Part shown: one piece after another, positions 1-12,300 of the stretch
How the letters are laid out: each line of letters opens with the position of its first letter
Position numbering within the stretch: the first letter of the stretch is position 1
Origin: Amphiscolops sp. MND2022
Taxonomy: Eukaryota
Direction: 5' to 3'
NCBI GenBank assembly: GCA_964187785.1
Contig: OZ076409.1
Location: 64,792,001-64,856,000 of the forward strand
DNA length: 64,000 nucleotides
Translations under genes and position numbers: made by a program
The notes under the pieces: model-generated
Seen by the model: only the letters and a program-made list of their open reading frames with translations
The model's database searches: none
What the model was told of the DNA's origin: nothing

Positions 1-262
1 AAAGTCATCAAGGAGCGTGATTGGAGTTCAGCTGACCACTAACCAGAATTGTACTCTCGAACGAAACAATTGTCACTGTCGACCGCTAAACACCTCACCA
101 TCCCAGCCATGGAAGAGCTCAACACTCTTCTAGTCATTAAACCGAGCAAAACAAATGATGCTCGCGTCAGTGGCAAAGCTTCTGGTGAAGACGGCATCCA
201 TCCTGAGGCCATCACAGCTGAGAGAAACTTGTTTTCTTGATCAACTTTACAAGTTGCTGCTG
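1..262 (+). pseudogene. RTE-clade LINE ORF2 fragment, part 1 (pre-RT linker)
   Basis: Translates to ...MEELNTL...SGKASGEDGIHPE and LDQLYKLLL, the typical 'KAPGxDGIPPE' region upstream of non-LTR RT. It continues at 1784. Confidence 0.7.
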
Positions 263-1783
263 CGTGTGTGTCTGTGGAATTATTTGGCGCCCAAAAGTGT
301 TCTTCTGGCAAGCGCTATCGACAAGGCTGGTTATTCAGACGGAGTTCTAGGCGGGGTTCTATGGTGTCGAAAAGTCCTTGGCGGCACCTTGCTGTAGATT
401 GGCAATTCATCCAATGCTCCATTGTTTGTGGTTCTTCGTGGCATTTGGGGCAATTGGAGTCTAAGCTTCCGTTCATGAGGTGAGCATATGCTTTCAAATA
501 GCGAGAGTGTCCAGCTCCCAGCTGTGCTTGCAGGTTAGCGTCTTTAGATTGCCTATTTGTTCTTCATCTCTTTTTTTTCTGAGTACCCAGCGTGGGTCCG
601 TTCAATTCGTTGGTGGGACGGTGCGGGAACCCTGAAGGACCGTTTGATACAAGCTAGAGCAGTTTTGAGACTGGTACTTTCGGGTTGTTCTGTTATCAGT
701 GTAGATCCATTTTTCGCTTCTTCGTCTGCGATTTCGTTTCTTTCAGTTCAGAATGCCCTGGTACCCATTGGACACCAATCGATTCCTCGCTTCTGTCAAG
801 GAGTTTTCTCAGGTCTGCGGTGTCTCGGGTTTGTGATTTCAGCGCGGTACAGAGGGAATGGCTGTCTGTGTAGATGAGTGCTTCTTCATCATGGGGATGG
901 TGTTTTTCATGCATCTCATGTTTTTCATGTGTTTTTAGTCGGCGCCTTTTCCTTTAAGGAAAAAAGCCCGACTATTACAGTGGCTAGTTTTTTTTCGTCA
1001 GACCACAGAGCTCATCGCGTATGTACCACTTTTTACAGAAACTGATAAGACTACTCAGGCGAAGTCAGGGCAATGGAAACTTAGTGCAAAGGGTCCCCCT
1101 TTCATTTTTTACCTTTTTTACGTAACCTACAAAACCGGAAGAGACCAAAGGGTCCCCCCTTTCAATTTCTTTTCGGCACTGTGCGAAATTTTTTGAAAAT
1201 TTTTTAAGGTCTCAAAAGAGCCCCCCCTTCGAGTTTTTTGATATTTTGCAACAGAATGTATGTTAATGAATCCCAAAGGGTCCCCCTTTTCATTTTTCGG
1301 CACTATGCGACATTTTCGAAGTTTTTTCAAAAAAAAATTTCTAAAAAATTTTCAAATTTTATTTTGTTCCCAGTCGGGAAACAGTGATTTTCCAGTCATA
1401 TCGAGCATGAAAGGCACACTTTGGGTGTCTCGAAAGTGTTTTCAAAGCTTTTCATGACTACGTCCTGAGCATATTTAGAAAACTTGGCGCTTCTTGAGCC
1501 TTAGATATAGCACCGACTTTAGACGTTCCCGTCTTGTTCATGTAGGCAGGATTGAAGGGCTATCTTTTCTTCGTCGTTGGATGAGGTGATGACCCTGTCT
1601 CGTTTTCTGATTAATCTGAAAACTTCTGGGGAGGAGGTGCTACCCCTGGTGAAGATAGCGGCGTACCCTCCATCAGTTAGTGGCTGAGCCGTCGGTGTAG
1701 ATAGTTACTTTGCAGTTGTAGGAGTCTGGGCGATATTACTTCCTTCAAGGTTACGTTTTTATTTTGGTTGTTGAACTTACTGC
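263..1783 (-). mobile_element. 5'-truncated non-LTR retrotransposon with RNase H and C-terminal CCHC finger, inserted antisense into the RTE LINE
   Basis: The minus strand gives RNase H motifs VTIYTDGS (~1690-1710), IYTDSHSL...QWVPGH (ORF 696-914) and the zinc finger CPKCHEEPQTMEHWMNC (ORF 315-497). A simple-repeat tail lies near 255-270. The element is frameshifted and interrupted by 932-1538. Confidence 0.75.
932..1538 (-). mobile_element. Non-autonomous DINE-1/HINE-like (Helentron-type) interspersed repeat
   Basis: The minus strand starts AACAAGACGGGAACGTCTAAAGTCGG and ends ATAGTCGGG...GGCGCCGACTAAAAA (short AGTCGG/CCGACT subterminal inverted repeats). It sits in a T-rich site with no clear TSD. 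Related copies occur elsewhere in the window. Confidence 0.5.
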
Positions 1784-2782
1784 TTCATTGCTGGGTTGAG
1801 GAAAAGTCCCCCAGGACACGAACGGGTCCAATATTATACCGTTGTACAAAAACAAAAGTTATCGGAGTAACAACAATTATGGCATATCGCTTCTCAGCCT
1901 AGTCGGTAAGACGTTTGCTCGCGCCTCAATAAAGAGTCTTCGAATGCTTACAGAAAGACCCTATGTGGCTTCTGAGTCATGAAATCGTTAATAGACGTGA
2001 TTTTCGCGTCGAGGCAAATGGAAGAAAACTTTCTTGAGCAGAGACGACCACTATACATTGCCCTAATGGAGCTGGCGAAGGCATTCGACCTGGCAAGTAG
2101 ATCTGAACTTTTCAATCTCTCGAAATGCGGATGCTCTCCAAACTTGCTGAACATAATCGCATCATTCCACGGGAACATGCTGTGTACCCTCCAATTCGAC
2201 AGCTTTAAGACAGCGATTTGCTTTAAAAGTGAGACAAACAAGGTTGCGTTCTCGCACCGACTGTGTTTGGCATGTTGTTATCACTGCTACTCAGCTAATC
2301 ATTCGTGCAGTCTTGTGGAGGTGTATACCTTCACACAAAATGCGATGGACGCTTCTCCAACTTACCACGCCTTCGTGCTTAAACCTAGATCCGGAAAGTT
2401 CTCGTACGCAAGAGATGCAACCCTGGTATCACAAACAGAGGTGGGACTCCAGCGATTGATGGACTGCCTAAAACGCGCATGTGGGAAATTCAGACTCACC
2501 ATCATCAAGAAAACAAACATTCTATGTTAAGATGCTAGTAAATCTCCCCATATCACAAAAGATCAACATACCTTGGACGAGGCCTGCCATTTCACGTACT
2601 TAGTGTCTGTCATATTCAACGACAACTACTTGGACTCAAGACTAGATAAAACTGTCTCAACCATGATCCGTCTGTCAACTAGGTCAACTAGAGTATGGAA
2701 CAATACCAAAATCACCACACATAAGAAGTATATCGAGCCTGCGTTCTCAGCACTTTTTTGTAAGGAAGCAGAAGCTGGACCC
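1784..2782 (+). pseudogene. RTE-clade LINE reverse transcriptase, part 2 (decayed)
   Basis: Motifs CWVEEKVPQD, IIPLYKNK, GISLLSLVGKTFAR, DVIFASRQMEE, AKAFDL, GLQRLMD and FTYL, with many frameshifts. Confidence 0.85.
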
Positions 2783-3159
2783 CCCAGGTTGACCCAACAT
2801 ACTCACCATACTATGATCATACTAAAATCATACTATGATCATGGTCATTCCATGATCATGATCATGCCAAGACCTTACCACAGTGACCATGTTCCATAGT
2901 ATGATCATACTATGATCCATCATGTTTCATAGTATGAACATAATATGGAAATAATGTTTTGGAGAAAAATGTCGGACATGACAACCACCTGTAAACAAAG
3001 TTTACAGAAATAGGTTGCCGAGGTCCTTATTCTGTATTTTTAAGGAGGCTCTCAGCTCGTGAGATACATAGTATCACACTTGACGAGACCCACGACGAGA
3101 ACGTGGCCTCCACGGGTCTCAAAAAAAACTGAAAAAAAAAGAATTATGAAATACTGAAA

Positions 3160-3533
3160 GGAAATCAGCTATTGAAATAGGAATCAGATCTAAAAGCTGG
3201 GTCAATTTGATCTAAAAACGAAAACTCTGAAGACAACGAAACTAAGTTATGCATACTTTCGCCTCTATTGAGAATAATATCTAAAAATTTGGCAAAATAG
3301 CTGCAAAATTATGGAGATCAGCTATTGAAATAGGAATCAGATCTAAAAGCTGGGTCAATTTGATCTAAAAACGAAAACTTCAAGACAACGAAACCAAGTT
3401 ATGCATACTTTCGCCTCTATTGAGAATAATATCTAAAATTTTGGCAAAATAGCTGCAAAATTATGGAAATCAGCAACTAAAATAGGAATCAGATCTAGAA
3501 CCTGGATCAATTTGAACTAAAATCATCGAAAAC
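3160..3533. repeat. ~152/162-bp satellite, left block
   Basis: Repeated GGAAATCAGC...ATAGGAATCAGATCTA...GGCAAAATAGCTGC units, the same family as 15316-17305. Confidence 0.9.
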
Positions 3534-3534
3534 C

Positions 3535-4360
3535 CGGGTGACTAAAGGCCTGAAACATGAAATTTATTTGATAAACAGATTACGCGAAAAACATTAAGAT
3601 TAGGTTTTTCAAAAATAACGCGGAAGCAATCGAAAAATATGCACAACCGAGATAAATTTTCCACAGAACATATATCTACAAACCAAGAAAACCGTTAGTA
3701 CGGGTGACTAAAGGCCTGAAACATGCCATTTACTTGATAAACAGATTACGCGAAAAACAATAAGATTAGGTTTTTCAAAAATAACGCGGAAGCAATCGAA
3801 AAATATGCACAGCCCAAACACGTTTTCCACAGAACATATATCTACAAACCAATAAAACCGTTAGTACGGGTGACTAAAGGCCTGAAACATGAAATTTATT
3901 TGATAAACAGATTACGCGAAAAACATTAAAATTAGGTTTTTCAAAAATAACGCGGAAGCAATCGAAAAATATGCACAACCGAGATAATTTTTCCACAGAA
4001 CATATATCTACAAACCAAGAAAACCGTTAGTACGGGTGACTAAAGGCCTGAAACATGCCATTTACTTGATAAACAGAATACGCGAAAAACATTAAGATTA
4101 GGTTTTTCAAAAATAACGCGGAAGCATTCGGAAAATATGCACAGCCCAAAAACGTTTTCCACAGAACATATATCTACAAACCAAGAAAACCGTTAGTACG
4201 GGTGACTAAAGGCCTGAAACATGCCATTTACTTGATAAACAGATTACGCGAAAAACATTAAGATAAGGTTTTTCAAAAATAACGCGGAAGCAATCGAAAA
4301 ATATGCACAGCCCAAATACGTTTTCCACAGAACAAACCGAGAAAACCGTTAGTACGCGGT
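3535..4360. repeat. 166-bp tandem repeat, ~5 copies
   Basis: CGGGTGACTAAAGGCCTGAAACATG starts at 3535, 3701, 3867, 4033 and 4199. Confidence 0.95.
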
Positions 4361-6481
4361 CACTGAAGGTCTAAAATATGCGAAAAACCTAACATACTAA
4401 TTACGATATAACTACGAGTATAACGATAACTAGCCGCTACCGCGCTCAGGAGCACACAAAAAAGAAATTTGCCATACGTCGTCGAAGGGCATGCCTCGGC
4501 ATGCCCACGGACGGTGGGCGTCGGAACGCTATGTGGCGTTGTACTAGACACGGCGAAGCCGTACCGGGAGGGTGGGACCGATAACGTTAGGAAAAGTAAA
4601 TGTTATGCTGTTGAAGGGTGAGAATTGTGTTTTTCATTTTGATTTGTACTTTTCTCGACAAAAAATTTTTAAAAAATGTCTTTGAGTTTATATTTTTTTT
4701 ATCAAAGACCGAATGCAATCGTTATCTGACCTGATGGAAGGAACTAACGATATGATCGAATCACGAAATTAGTCATCGACAGCAACATCCTATAAACAAA
4801 TGAGCTTTTTGTTGACAGTTTTTTGATGTGACAGCCTTCTCAAGTTGACACAAGGCCAACTTGAAAGGCCATCACAAGATTCAGCTAACAGGTACTTGAA
4901 GAATATGCACAACTTGTCCAGCCAGGATCGTAGAAAGAGCACATGTCAGCATTGTGAATATTTTTAATCATTTTGGGTCCGTAAGGTTATGTTAGAAGTA
5001 TTTAAAGATTTTTTAGGCACGATCAATGCCATTCTATCTCAGCAAAATAGCGTATTTTTTAGCTTCGGCTTTTTATTCTGCTACAAATGTAACACATGCG
5101 AAGGGAATTATTTCGGAAAACAAAAGACATGAGTGTTTCTGATCAACCACAGTGTTCATCTATATTCTAAACATTGAATAAAGTAATTGAAAGTATATGG
5201 CGAAGTGTTTTGAGATATTGGGCTAAAAATTTTGGAAAATACAGTGCTATCTGGGAAAAAAATGATTCATACCATCCCTTGAGCAGACCGATTCCTTCAA
5301 AAACCTCCTTATAGTTCTGAAACTCATCCTACGCATCCTTTGTACATAGTGATTGACGAAAATGAGTTAACTTTTGATAATATCACTCTTCACTGTGATC
5401 CCAAGCTTCCGAGATATTTACTTCGATTTAGAGCTTTGGCTCTGAATAACGTCTTATCACGTCTCATATGATATTGGAGCAACTGATACCAGTCCCAGTC
5501 GTGTTTTTGAGTATCATGGGCCCCACTGGTTACGTCAGAGTTAATAATTTTGCTTAAAAAGCTGAATTTGAATTTTCGACCTGACAAAAAATGGGTATTT
5601 CGGTCGAAAAATTTCTAAGTTCCGAATGTGTGCAAAATGACTGAAGACCGGGTGAAAATATTTTTTTAAAGTTTCTTTTAATATAAATGGTTCCTACGTT
5701 GCCAGTACAACCGTTCTTGAGCATAAAAGCTTTTGCCGACACGCCTGGATGAAAATAATATGTTGAAAATGACCAATTTGTAAATTGAAACTAATTTTGG
5801 AAATCCTTGTGAAACACCTAAGACCTCGAAAAAAATTTCAATTCCACATTGGATGCAAACTGTTGAGTGTTTGGCAGCGATTAGTTTCCGACAGAAACCA
5901 TGGATACCAAGGTTTCCAACTTAGAGCAATTAAAAATTTTTTCTGTGGCGTTTTTGACATATGGGGTACAGATAGTAGTGATAAAAATTTCAAAAATGTC
6001 GAATTTTTCAAAAATGTAAAAACTTTATGTCTTTTGTGTTTAATGCATTGTAACAGACACGAAACGAAGGTCTCGAGCTTGTAGAACAGTCAAGGTCCCG
6101 GGACAGTTAAAGTCGAGGGACTGAAAATGGTTTTCAAAGATAAATAAAGATGCATGCAGGAACATGTAGTCCACAGTAAAATATGTGAAAAAAAACACGA
6201 ATAAAAAAGGTTATCTCCCAACTTCTATTGCTTGAACAAAAAGTTATTCAAACCAATTAAATAGATAATAAAACTAGCAATGTTAGAATGAGATTGTCCC
6301 AATGCAACGTTATTCCCAGGAGTCAGCCAAAAAAGCATCGAAGCTAAGCCGACTCAAGAGTAAACGATGCATAACAAATTCACTACAGCAGTCAGCCAAA
6401 AACCCAGAGCTACGTCGACTGAGGGACTAAAAATACAAGTCTCCGTTGGAGGATTGGAAACTTGGGATGAACAAAAAGAAA

Positions 6482-8162
6482 TCAAAAGTGGCTGCTCTCT
6501 CTGCGAGTACTGGACGTAGTAGCATCCTCGCTCGCATGGGGCAAGTCAGCTTTCCATTCTCGTCCCCTCTGATTCGCAGAGTTGCGGGCCAGTTGATACG
6601 CATATTGCGCTTTTAGAGGGCCTCTCTTCGAATAAGCCCATAAAACAAGCTCTTTAAAATCAGCTTGCTTCTGTAGGTCAGCTGCCGGACGGGTCGGTTT
6701 GTTTCCTTCAGGCTCTATCATGGAATGAATAAGCTCACTTTCAGCATTTTTGCCGAAAATGTATTCAGCTATCTTCCGACCATATTTTGAGGGCTCGTAG
6801 GAAATCGTCAGCTCACGTAAGTTTATCCCCTTGTATTTAATTTCTCGAAGATCGGAAATATCATTGGAGCACGTTGCTTCAGTGTCGGCATCATTAACGA
6901 CATCGTCGTTGAATGCAGCAGCTTTTCCGTTCTTGAAGAAGAACTCAACAGACTTTGACTAAAAAATCATTGAAGTGCTGTTAGATGCACACATCGAGCG
7001 AATATCTACAAACCTTGTCTCTTATAACTTTCAGTAATACTTCAAATATGCAGTTGGGGTTTCAGAGTTCCTATTTTAAGTATGACTTAATGCCTCTTAA
7101 AACTTAAAAACAAATGTCCAAAACTTACAAAACTCAAATGTGCAGAAAAGTAGTATGAGCAGTTTGAGAGAAATTTTTTTTCACTATACCGTCGTGAATA
7201 AAATGGCACAATAGTCATCTTAATCGAAATAAATATTGCCGATCGGCAGACTTGAATGATTAATTACTATAACTTGCATCTTAAGGATTTTTATTGACCT
7301 ACCAGGCGTTCGCGTTCTTTCCGCTCTTTCCTCGCTTCCTCGCGATACTCCCTCCAACATTCCCTGTGCGATTCCAGCAGCTTCTCCATGGTAGTGGTAA
7401 AAACCTGCAGGGTCTCGCGGATTGCGCCAGAAGTACACTGAAAAATATAACAATGGAAATGTACGCTGTCAACAAATGATAAACAGAGATCGCAGTTGAT
7501 GAACAGTCTCAGAATCAACTCTTGCACCAACAAAAACCTCAAAACGGGTTCTCAGTTGGGTGGAAGTCTAAGTAAAGAAAGCAAATTCATAGACCTTGCG
7601 CTAAAACTCCACACGAACTTACTTTTTCACCACCATCGAATTTGCAAGGAGTTGATGTCAAAGGAGCTACGTTGTCATGGAGAACAATCGGAGATTGTTC
7701 AAAGACCGGTTTTGGTTTCGCAATCTGTTTTACACGCTTAAGGGGTGGCTCCTCGTCCTCTTCCTCCGAGTTATATGAGCGTTGAGTTCTTTCCGGCTGG
7801 GTGTCAACTGGCGCAACGTTTTCTTCACCAGTGAAGGAAACGCTCAAATCCAACAGCGTTTCTTGCATGTTGGAAATCAAATTAGGACCTTTCGCCTCGA
7901 CTTTCCTCAGAAACTCCTCAGTGCCGCTGTCGATCAACGAGCACTCGTGAAACTTCCTGGTGACAGGATTTCTGATTTAGATCTTTGCGTGTTTCTGAAG
8001 ACTCAGTTTGCGATGCAGCGTCAACTCCTTCGGCCATCCTGAGCTTTCTGCAGAAATCATGAAAACTGTTTTATCGCCAGGGCAATAGAACAGCCAACGA
8101 GTATTGGCAACATCCTCCAAAAGCGTTCTAGTATCGTTGCTCCTTTTTTCGCGTTTGTCCAT
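6482..8162 (-). CDS. Multi-exon coiled-coil + C-terminal BEN-domain protein (one premature stop in exon 1)
   Basis: Exon 8162-7623 has an in-frame TAA at 7977-7979 and a GTAAGT donor. A coiled-coil exon at ~7438-7303 reads AIRETLQVFTTTMEKLL...ERERL|GTAGGT. The last exon 6958-6482 follows TTTTTTAG and encodes PSKYGRKIAEYIFG...ELIHSMI...GNKPTRPAADLQKQADFKELV...AYQLARNSANQRGR, matching the BEN helical pattern. Confidence 0.6.
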
Positions 8163-9361
8163 GACGTTAAACCAATGTCTGAAAATAAAGCAAGATCAAT
8201 CAAGCAACTACAATTCATGAAAAAATTGTTTGAAACGTTAGCACGAGCGCGTACAATCGCAACGCCAATCCCAAAAGTCAGCCAAAAAAAGCATCGAAGC
8301 TAAGCCGACTCAAGAGTTAACGAAGGATGATACACGTGAATGAAACCAATTAAATGAAGCGTTGACAATTTTCACTGAATGAGTTTACAGGCAAACTAAA
8401 CCCAGCTAAGTGGTCAGCCAAAAAAGCGTCAAAGCTAAGCCGACTGAAGGACTAAAAATAGTTTACCTCTAAAAGATAAAGAAAGGTCCATGGTAGAACC
8501 TGTCAACAAAAAAGGGAAAGAAAACCTTTGCTTGGTAACGCAGTGATGTCATCTTTACCTGAGATAAAGTGTACATCACGCTTTCTTGTGAAATTTTTTC
8601 TTGTCGTCTTTTAAGTTATAGCAAAAAGAGACAGCAACGTTTACAAGACGCTCATATTTTCTACAAAAACAGTAAGTTGCGTTTTCCGTTCGAAGAGATA
8701 CGATATCTAGAAGCAAGTATATACGCACGAATAAAAAAATTGATCTCCCAACTTTTATTATTTGAAGAAGAACTTATTCAAACCAATTAAACATAATAAA
8801 ATCAGCAACAATGGAATGAGTTTTACCAACGCAACGTTTTTCCTTAGAGTCAGCCAAAAAAGCATAGAAGCTAAGCCGACTCAAGAGTAAACGATAACAA
8901 ATTCAGCCCAGCAGTCAGCCAAAAACGCATTAGAGTCACACCGACTGAGGGACTGAAAATGGTTTTCAAAGATAAATAAAGATGCATGCAGGAACATGTA
9001 GTCCACAGTAAATTATGTGAAAAAAAAACGCGAATAAAAAAGGTTATCTCCCAACTTCTATTGCTTGAACAAAAAGTTATTCAAACCAATTAAATAGATA
9101 ATAAAACTAGCAATATTAGAATGAGATTGTCCCAATGCAACGTTATTCGCAGGAGTCAGTCAAAAAGCATCGAAGCTAAGCCGACTCAAGAGTAAACGAT
9201 GGATAGCAAAATCAGTCCAGCAGTCAGCTAAAAACGCATTAGAGCTAAGCCGACTGTGGGACTAAGAATGGTTTTCTAAGATAAATAAAGGTCCATGCTG
9301 GAACATGTAGTCCAGTGTAAAATATGTGGAAGAAAACGCAGGGAGACGAGGTTTTTGTTTC

Positions 9362-12300
9362 CTAATTGTGGTCAAAGTGTGAAGACAATTTAATCAAAAT
9401 GTTCTGGTGCTCGAAGGAGAATACAATAAGTTTTCCCAAAAGTCGTTCACAAGGTAAATCAATTCTTTCATTGGTTGTTTTTCCGTGATAAAACGCACAA
9501 GGTAAGCGATCGCCACCAGGACATTTGAATGATTTTTCCACAGCGTAAAGCTCAACGAGACAGAATTTACGTCGTCCACGACGGAAAAAAGCAATCACTT
9601 GACCGAATATGAGTTGGTCGGCACCAATGGGAGAGAAAGTAATGAAAGAGTTGGAGTTAGATTTTGTATCACTGGCTGAATCAAAAGCGAGTCCATTCAG
9701 AACTTCTCTCGCTGACACTGAAGACGCTCGGCTACAAAGTTCTCGAACATCATCGGTATCCTTCAAGTGTCCTTGTCCAATTTTTTTCCGGCCCGAAAGT
9801 AACTCAGAAGTCAAATTAAAAAGAGCGTTGTTTTCAAGATTTGTTCTCAGAAGTGACTTCTTGACCAGGTACCGCTCTACCAGCAACCTCAAATGGTTTA
9901 CAGATCCAGTGAATGCGGAAACAAGGGAGTGGTGGGCCGATTCAAATGCGAAGCAAGATGCTGTCCACAAGGGGCCATAGTTTCGAACTTGCCAAGTGAG
10001 ATGACGCAAGGAGTGTAAATTGAATGTTTGCTCAGCACTGTCGATGGCAGCAAAACCGGCACAAAAATCGTTGAGTAACTGATCACACTCTGTCAGATGC
10101 TCATCACTTTCAAGTAATAATCGGATGGCATAGGAAAACTTCCACAACAAGTTACTGATATTTTCAGCCAACAAATCCAACGTCACTACAGGTGCGACAT
10201 ACAACAGCCACGTTTTGAATTCACTTGCTTTGAAATGCGACATTTGGTCCAAACCACGAACCGATCGTTGAAACTCAAACGGCATTTTGAAACCTTTGGC
10301 TCTTTGGTTCACGATTCTCCTTTCCATGGGTTGTAAAGAAGTGTACATGTGATTCAAAAAGTTTTTGGCTACACCCAAGCAAACAGTGTGCATGTAATCG
10401 ATTGTCACGAAGAAAGGCATCCTCTTAGTGATCAAAGTTAGGAGGGCTTCTACCTTAAGGGTATAGAGCTTTGTGCAAACATTTGATTTGGAAAAAGCAT
10501 CCAAAAACTTGAAAAATCTGTTGTTGTAAGTAGAATTCATATCACAAAAGGGAATCCATATGAATTTCAGTTTTTTTCTCGTTCAAATATCGTTTTAATT
10601 TCCGACATATATCTTTGTTCAATACCCTTGACACCCTTGGTTCGGTTGCGGAAAGATTTTGACCCAGGATCAAAGTCCGCTGCTTCTAGTTTTTGCGCTT
10701 CGGACAGGTTTTTCTCATATGACTCGAAAGTCCGCATCTTGATAACAATGTTACACGGATAAATTCGCTGTCTGTGCGAGACGATTTCGCCTTCGTCTTC
10801 ACAGAGATGACAGCCAAAATAACCGTTAAACTGCTTCATGTTGAGTATTGCAGCTTTGGCAACATTATCGGCACTGAGAAAGACGAATTCTACGATTGCA
10901 GCATACGAAAAACCCTCATGGCTAACAAATTTAAGATCTGTGATCTCTCTTTGGACATACTGGAAAACAATTTCGAAACCAGGTTTGCCATCACCGAACC
11001 ACAAACTCGCGAGAGCAATATTGTCAAAAGAAAAACGCAACACCGAAGGCAAATCAGCAATAATTATCCACAATGGGTAGAGATGTTTACCCGAAGAATG
11101 GATGATTTTGACGCCATCGGTCGAAATAATCAAGTGCAGCGTAATAGCTGTTTCAGTTTCATTGATAAACTTTCCAAGTCTGATGTCGTTTCTGGTATTA
11201 GAAATTAAACTCCGAGATCGTTCCACCAAAATTTCCCAATTTCGACAGCATATTTCTTTCAATTCCAACGAAAACCTCAAAGGTATCAACCCACCTGAAT
11301 TACAAGGAACCTGGCTGTATGTGTTCTCAAGAAACGTTTTACGACTCTCTTTTTTGAATTTTTTTATTCCTGGCAAATCAGTGTCGGGTTTTAGGAGACG
11401 GAAAACTTTCAACACATCGTTCATCAGCGCGTCCGATGCCCGATGCTTGGAGCCAATTGCAGTTAAACACACTTTGAGGTTATTGAGCTCGATTTCAGCA
11501 TCATCAGTGTTTTCGTTGTGATGATTGGGAGTCGAAGAACCTAATGGTTGTACCACATCGAGATGTTCAATTGGAAAATCCTCAGAAGAAAGATCAGTGG
11601 ATTCATCCATTGGCGGACAGCGTAGATCTTCTGAGTCTCTGGGAGAATTGTTCAAACGGACAGTTCTTTTTCTTTTATAGGACTTCGATGTCTCTACACC
11701 AGCGAGTGCCATAAACCCCGACAAGGAAGAAATACGGGGTCTTCTACATTTTTTGTTCCGTGACTCAGGAGACATTGACAGACTGGAAGGAAGATCAGAT
11801 AACTCCTGCTCATGAAGATGTACATGCGGACATTGACATTCAAGTGTTTCGAAGAAGTGTTTCCCATAAAACACTGTTATCTCTTCTCCTGGTTGAATAA
11901 TTCTCAAAGTTTTCAATCTCACACACGGTATTCCATTTGAAGATGTGAACTCATATCGGCAATTAGGGTCACAAGGGGAATTGACGAAACGAATGGTACC
12001 TGCCAAAAGTCTGGGCAAGTTGCATAATTCTGTGGCAGCAACGGTAGATGTATCATCGAAGAGGTGCTCTTCGCTAGGCTTGATTTTAGCGACCAGTCCA
12101 ACTGGAAAGGCAAGAACATTGTCTCCTAACCTCTGGTGCAGTGTCGTGAGGGTATGGCCACCGAATGCATCAGCCACAAAACTGTAACCAGCTTTCAATG
12201 TCTCCGCATAAATGTCCTCTAAGCGGCGCAGTAAGTCCAACTCCTTTTTCGTTGCCGTTTCACTGAACGTTGAAAAATCCGGTAGCTCAATCAATGTACT

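Noticed and set aside
3535..4360. Regular repeats as a possible CRISPR array
   Set aside because: Whole 166-bp units repeat with no unique spacers, there are no cas genes, and the context is eukaryotic.
6321..9255. Palindromic ~34-nt repeats as a CRISPR-like array
   Set aside because: Spacing is irregular and the intervening sequences are themselves duplicated; they are parts of a larger repeat unit.
9609..12187. Plus-strand ORFs overlapping the transposase
   Set aside because: These are antisense shadows of a long coding frame with no motifs.
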